From Octopus vulgaris (Eukaryota): 64,000 nt of DNA. Shown here in pieces: positions 56,001-64,000 of the stretch. Each line of letters opens with the position of its first letter. Position 1 is the stretch's first letter. The position numbers were made by a program, and so were the translations under genes. Where the stretch lies: positions 107,012,001 to 107,076,000 of the forward strand of contig OX597823.1 of NCBI GenBank assembly GCA_951406725.2, given 5' to 3'. The notes under the pieces are model-generated. The model was given only the letters and a program-made list of their open reading frames with translations. It was not told where the DNA came from and made no database searches.

Positions 56001-56684
56001 TCACACACACACATGTATATATATATATAATCATTATACATAGCAAGTAGTTTCGGTAAAAACTTATACAATTTTTTTTTTTTTATATATAATTATAACA
56101 ATAATTAAGGGTTTAGCAACAAGTTGCTTCACCACATACCGAAAATGTAGAAATAGCAGCCAAAACACCGTTATTTCTTTTCACTACAAAATATGACTCC
56201 ACAGATAACAATATTTGTAACTCACATAGGTAAAAAGAAGGAAAATAATGATTAATTATGGACGCGTTTCTGGATTAGAATTATAAAAATTCATTTCCTT
56301 TGTCAACACAATATTTCGAGAATTACAAATTTGAAAATGCTAGAAAAACTTACCCTTTGCATTTCTGTCAAGCGCCATCAGAACATGACACAAGGTAGTC
56401 AGCATATCCAAACTTATATAGACGAGTGAAATTCCCTGGCAACAAAACTGCGAATCTCTTTCTGCGGTACCATCTTGTGACGCACTTGGTAAACTTGCAG
56501 GGAAAATACGAACTTCACGATTACCATTGGTAATCAAAAAATATTGTTGAAATTAGTTTGGTATATATGCAAATTAATTTATTTTAAACAATTACAAGTT
56601 TTTCAAATTTAGGGGCATTTTCAACAACAAATTTGCCTGTATTTTTTGCTGCGTGGAAATACGCCACCTTTTGTTATATATATA

Positions 56685-56730
<46 letters not shown>

Positions 56731-56780
56731 CGTGCGTGTGTGTGTGTGTGTGTGTGTGTGTATGTATATATATATATATC

Positions 56781-56846
<66 letters not shown>

Positions 56847-56850
56847 TATA

Positions 56851-58484
<1,634 letters not shown>

Positions 58485-58541
58485 TAAAAACGATAAGAAA
58501 ACAAAAGAAAGAAAGAGACCTCGATATTATGTAAATACATG

Positions 58542-58611
58542 GCCAGATAACCGAAGAGATGGTGTTGTGGATTTCCACCTCGGCATCCGAAACTCAGAGT
58601 TTTATCTTGGC
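58542..58611 (+). ncRNA. Type I hammerhead motif with CCGAAGA core in a short (TA)n-embedded Penelope-type remnant
   Basis: Stem I GCC-AGATAA/TTATCT-T-GGC; CCGAAGA at 58551-58557; GATG/CATC stem II; GAAA at 58589-58592; ACTC-A-GAGT; GUU site at 58601. Confidence 0.65.
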
Positions 58612-59033
58612 TACCGAATAATTGTCACATTATTTTACAGATATATATATATATATATTTATTTATATACACAAAGAAAGGTATGTTTGCGTACATACAT
58701 ACCTATGTACGTACGTACGTAGAAAATCGTAATAAAGACAAAACAAATAAATGTTTACACAGTCTCACGTGATTATTTTCATAGAGTCACCGCATACACA
58801 ACGACAACACTGATACTGTCAGCTGTCGAAAGAAAGCAGAGAAAGAACACCAGTTTTTTTTTTTTAGTCGCGTCTCTAGCAAATCACCGCAATGTCTAAG
58901 AGTTGGTGTGATTCTTACGGGGTTCGAAATCGCTACAAGAATAGTAACAACTTTTACTACGTATGGATATGTTCGCATGTGAAGTGTACGTACGGATATA
59001 TTTACACGTGTGTGCTGAACTCGACCCTTTCCT

Positions 59034-59036
<3 letters not shown>

Positions 59037-59091
<55 letters not shown>

Positions 59092-59495
59092 CGGGTGGCA
59101 GCAGTAGCAGCAGTAGCAGCAGCAGCAGAGGCGGTGTTGGTGGTGGTGGTGGTGGTAATGCTGCTAGTGTTGTGATTGCCGCTACTTTTGTTATTTGAAA
59201 TGTTGCAAGGCTTACGCGTGGCTAATTAATTCTATTGATGAACGCTTAGGTAATTAGAGGCTTGAAATGATTGATATTCATAACGACTGCAATGATGGTG
59301 ATGATGGTGATGATGACGACGACGACGACGACGACGACAATAAAGACGACGACAACAACGACAACCTCGATAACGAGCACAACAGTGATGATGATGATGA
59401 TGATGATGATGATGACGACGACGATTATGATGACCAAGATGACGATTACGACCACAATAATGGCAACGATAACAAAAATGACGACAACCACGACT

Positions 59496-59554
<59 letters not shown>

Positions 59555-60590
59555 GGTGGTGGTGGTGGTGGTGGTGGTGGTGGTGATGATGGAGGAGGCG
59601 TGTGTTTGTGGTGACAATGATGATGTGATGCCGAACGTGAAGCGTAACTCATAATCCGGCTATTTTCCGCTTTCTGCTGAAACAACCGGAATATCACAAA
59701 CCATTTGGTTGTTATTCAGCTGCACATCAGCTCTGATCTAACAGATCTGTTATGAAAGACATTCCATATGTGGCCATCATGTCGTCCACTTTTATATGTA
59801 CATAAACCAGGAAAGCATTCTCTAGTATGTCCAACTTCAAAAGCAGGTGTTGGAGTTGGGCATTGATTTTGCTGTCTATTTCTAGCCGGTCTGGTCACCC
59901 TATCCATGTTCCCTTATGGGTTCGCCGTTACATATGTATCTGACATTGATGATGGTGGTGGTGGTGATGGTGGTGGTAGTGGTGGCGGTGGTCGTGGTGG
60001 TGGTGGTAATGGTGTTGGTGGTCGTGGTAGTGGTGAAGGTGGTGGTGGTGGTGGTGGTGGTGGTGGTGGTGGTGGTGGTGGTGGTGGTGGTGGTGGCGGT
60101 AGAGATGGTTGTGGTGGTGGTGGTAGAGATGGTTGTGGTGGTGGTGGTGGTGGTGGTGGTGGTAGTGATGGTGGTGGTAGTGGTGGTGGTGGTGTAGGCG
60201 GTTGCGGAGGCGGTTGCGGAGGCGGCGGCGGGGGTAACGGTGGCGGCAGCTGTGGCGGTAGCGATGACGGGAGCGGCGGCTGCGGTAGCGGTGGTGGTAC
60301 TATTGATGATGACGACGTGGACGACGATGACGACAATGATGATGATGATGATGATGATGATGCTATTGTCCATATTGTGGATGATGCTGGCGATGATATC
60401 ATTAGTGATAATGATGATGGTGATATTATTGGCGGTGTTGATGATGTTAGTGATGGTGTAGGTGATGATGTTGATATTGTTGCTGTTAATGGTAATGTTG
60501 GTGACGATTTAGATGATGGTGTCAGTGATGCTGGGGATTTTGGTAATGCGAATGATGCTGGTGATAATGTTGGTGATGCTATTATTCACT
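59037..60590. repeat. (TAG)n, (GAT/GAC)n and long (GGT)n low-complexity field
   Basis: Direct runs. Confidence 0.92.
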
Positions 60591-60719
60591 AACACATGGA
60601 CCAAGCCGAGAGCAACAATTAATTTCCTTTCAGAAAGCGGCGAATTTTTTCCACCAATTTATAAACCTCGTCTGTGTGATGATACATTCTCCGTGAATGT
60701 GTTAGTGTGTAGCTACATG

Positions 60720-60789
<70 letters not shown>

Positions 60790-61104
60790 ACACGCACGCA
60801 CACACACATACACATTTATGTATACATGCACATAAGCATATACTCATACTTATAGTTACAAGCAATGAAATCTTTATCAAAGTGGATAGTTCGTGAAACG
60901 ATCAAGTTTATTCTCTACATCACACATATACATGTGAATATATGTACACCTGTGTGTGTGTGTGTGTATGTCTGTGTGTGTTTGCAGGTATGTGTGCTTG
61001 TGTACGTAAGTATGCCTGTGTACATATACTTGTGTGTTTGTGTGTATGCGCGTTCGGTGTATGTGTGTGCGCGCACTTATGCCTAAACAATTCATGCATA
61101 TATA

Positions 61105-61199
<95 letters not shown>

Positions 61200-61206
61200 T
61201 ATATAG

Positions 61207-61259
<53 letters not shown>

Positions 61260-61647
61260 AATGCCGTAGCATCAACTCTTGTTAAATAGAATGTTTTTAT
61301 ATTGAATTTCTTTCTTGGCTACACACAAGACAAAATTATTTAAAGTGGTTAGTATGGAAGAGGGTGTGTTGTAAAAGATTCAACCAATTCCAATATTTTA
61401 TTGCTATTTGGTTTTCGATTGAACACAAAGAGGGACGTGAACGGAATCAGAGAAGAATGTAACTATAGAATCTCGAATGTAACCTAATATTCCGTTGTTC
61501 TGGTTATTCGTATCGTTCTTTTTACAAAATATTTTAGTTTGGAATATACTGACCACAATTGCCCGAGGCACATCTTTGAAGACCTCTCCTTACAAACATG
61601 TCGGTAACTGTATATATAGATATATAACTGTGTATATAGCATGTATA

Positions 61648-62065
61648 GGAGCAGGATTGGGTGTGTGGTAAGAAGCTTGCTTCCCAACCATATGGTTCCG
61701 GGTTCCGTCCCTCTTCGTGGCACCTTCGGCAAGTGTCTTCTACTATCGCCTCACACCGACCAAAGCCTTGTGAGTGGATTTGGTAGGCAACAACTGAAAG
61801 AAGCCTGCCTTATGTGTGTGTGTATCTGTGTGTGTGTGTCTATCTGTGTGTGCGTATGTATGTGTGTGTGAGTGTAATTGCTTCCCCACCACCGCTTGAC
61901 AATCGGTGTTTGTATAACTTGGCAATTCGGCAAACGACACCGATAGAAAAGTAAGTACTAGGCTTAAATTCTTTTTCAAATTGCTGGGGTCAATTCGCTC
62001 GGCAAAAACTCTTCAGAGCAGTGCCCCAGCATGGCTGCAATCTAATGACTGAAACAAGTAAATAC
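61648..62065 (+). mobile_element. SINE family A
   Basis: Colinear with 46038-46510. Confidence 0.88.
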
Positions 62066-62480
62066 AAATAGTGTCCTGCATATAGAATTGAATATATAGC
62101 ACTGAGTATATAGTGACATATATATATATAGAACGAAATATACAGACCTTTGTATCGAATGAAGAATACATTATCCTGTTCATGAAAGAAAATAGTGTTC
62201 TGTATAAAGAACTGAGTATTTAGTGTTTTGTATATGTAACGGTATATCTCGTGCCGAAAGCAAAAAAACGAAGGAGATGGTATATTTTATATAGAACCAA
62301 CTATATAACGACCACGTACATATGTCACTGCATAGCTGTACATTGACTTCTGTTCATTATAGAGAACAAATTATTTGATGTCCTGGAGACAGCATCTGTG
62401 TATATAATATCTAGCATATACACTGAAGTTTATAGTATTCTTTATATAGAACCAAATCTAATGAGCTACACAATTGTATT

Positions 62481-62796
62481 CTTTTCTACTAGTACTTAAA
62501 TTATCGACTCCGAAAGGATGGAAGGCGGAATTTGAACTCAGAACGTAACGGCAGACGAAATACCTATTTCTTTACTACCCACAAGGAGCTAAACACAGAG
62601 GGGACAATCAAGGACATACAAACGGATTAAGTCGACTATATCAACCCCAGTGCGTAACTGGTACTTATTTAATCGACCCCGAAAGGATGAAAGGCAAAGT
62701 CGACCTCGCCGGAATTTGAACTCACAACGTAACGGCAGACGAACTACCGCTAAGCAATTCGTGCGGCGTGCTAACGATTCTGCCAGCTCGCCGCCT
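62481..62796 (-). mobile_element. SINE family B with a partial second unit and a 19-bp near-TSD
   Basis: TGAGC.ACACAATT.TATT at 62462-62480 and 62797-62815 (17/19); internal junction at 62554-62570. Confidence 0.88.
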
Positions 62797-63329
62797 TGAG
62801 CGACACAATTATATTGAACAACTCCTGGCTGAGACTTATCAGTGAATCGCTGGTCACTGACTGAATGTGTAAATTGATGGAAAGTCGTTATCTTCAAGAA
62901 TTTATCACCACGTACTCTGCTTTTACTTATTTTAACACATGACACATCACTATATATTACAGCACAGCACGGGTAGTAGAGCCTCTGACAAATATAGCTT
63001 GAAGTAACGCCTAAATCTGCGACAAATGATGCCGTAAAACATTAAAAGTTAAGGGTATATTGAATCTATTGCGGACCTGGATATATTATGTCAGAAAAAT
63101 CTATGGTGGTTACGATTGGCGCACATTTGGTGGATTAAAGTTGACATGGTTTAAACATCATAAACAATTTCGGCAGCTGCAATATTTGAAAAGCTAAAAG
63201 TAGCAAAGAGCACAATATTAACAACAAGAGAATTTACTAAGTGGTTGGTTATCTTGCTAGGAATAGCAACTAAATATCCCACAAAAGACACGCCACCGCT
63301 TTAAAAATAATAGGATGCATTGTCATATC

Positions 63330-63367
63330 AACATCATCATCATCATCATCATCAGCATCATTATCAT

Positions 63368-63405
<38 letters not shown>

Positions 63406-63710
63406 TCATCATCATCATCGGTCAAGTGTCCTCCTTTTGTCCAAGAGTCGGCTTTCCAAGAATCTCCAATTCCCTCTGTGTTGTGCTGTAATCAGCCAAG
63501 CTCCTTCCTGTTTCCAGTCCATTCTTTGATGTCATTAATCTATAAACATTTCTGATGGCCTCTTGCATTTTAACCCTCAGCATTTCCTATCAGGGTGGTC
63601 TTCGACAGGGACACGTAGTGCATTGTATATGTTCAAAATAGCATTATCGACTTCATTCTCGACAATAAGTGTCTTTGGACTTTCAGTTTTTCTAGCACTG
63701 CAGCATTTGT
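63330..63710 (-). mobile_element. RTE-clade LINE 3' end with (GAT)n tail
   Basis: INDIKEWTG..AQHRGNWRFL on the minus strand, followed by (GAT/GCT)n. Confidence 0.65.
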
Positions 63711-64000
63711 TAAATAATGATTAAATAATAATTAAATAACAAAAAAAGGAAGGTATATAACTAGAGTACCTATGGCTATAAATCGGCTCGAGGAGGACTG
63801 GCTAGGAACTAAGCAAGATCAAATCGACCCAAGAAATTTTTTTCTTTAACTCTTTTACATATTCTATTGGACTTTTCAGCTGAACAGCAAAGTTACGGGG
63901 AGGTAAACAAACCAACATTGGTTATGAAGTAGTAGTGGGAGACAAACAGAAACACACTCAAACACATATATGTATGTGTATAGACATAGTACGGATTTTG

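Noticed and set aside
59906-60592. 228-aa Gly/Asp-rich ORF resembling a structural protein
   Set aside because: Built from GGT/GAT repeats, open in several frames and on both strands, with no signal peptide or splice support

Overview
Eukaryotic, AT-rich, repeat-saturated non-coding DNA, probably an intron or intergenic region. The SINE families and the extreme (TA)n/(CA)n/(TATG)n/(AAT)n load point to an octopod cephalopod (Octopus), although this is recognition from memory. I found no intact host CDS, and nearly all ORFs in the track are microsatellite translations. Supported content: (1) a cluster of restriction-like-endonuclease (RLE) retrotransposon pieces inside a 4.8-kb AAT/ATT array at 8.1-12.9 kb (two R4/Dong families and a HERO-like derivative); (2) Penelope-like remnants in (TA)n tracts, including a GIY-YIG fragment and inverted-repeat elements carrying type I hammerhead ribozymes with palindromic stem III, two of which have a non-canonical CCGAAGA core; (3) about 30 copies of 4-5 tRNA-derived SINE families, with nesting, target-site duplications (TSDs) and a recurrent head-to-tail multimer junction; (4) mariner, RTE, APE-LINE, Helitron-like and MITE remnants; (5) a few candidate + strand splice sites, the best being a 35-nt non-coding exon at 29715-29749. 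Family names come from motif recognition, not database searches.
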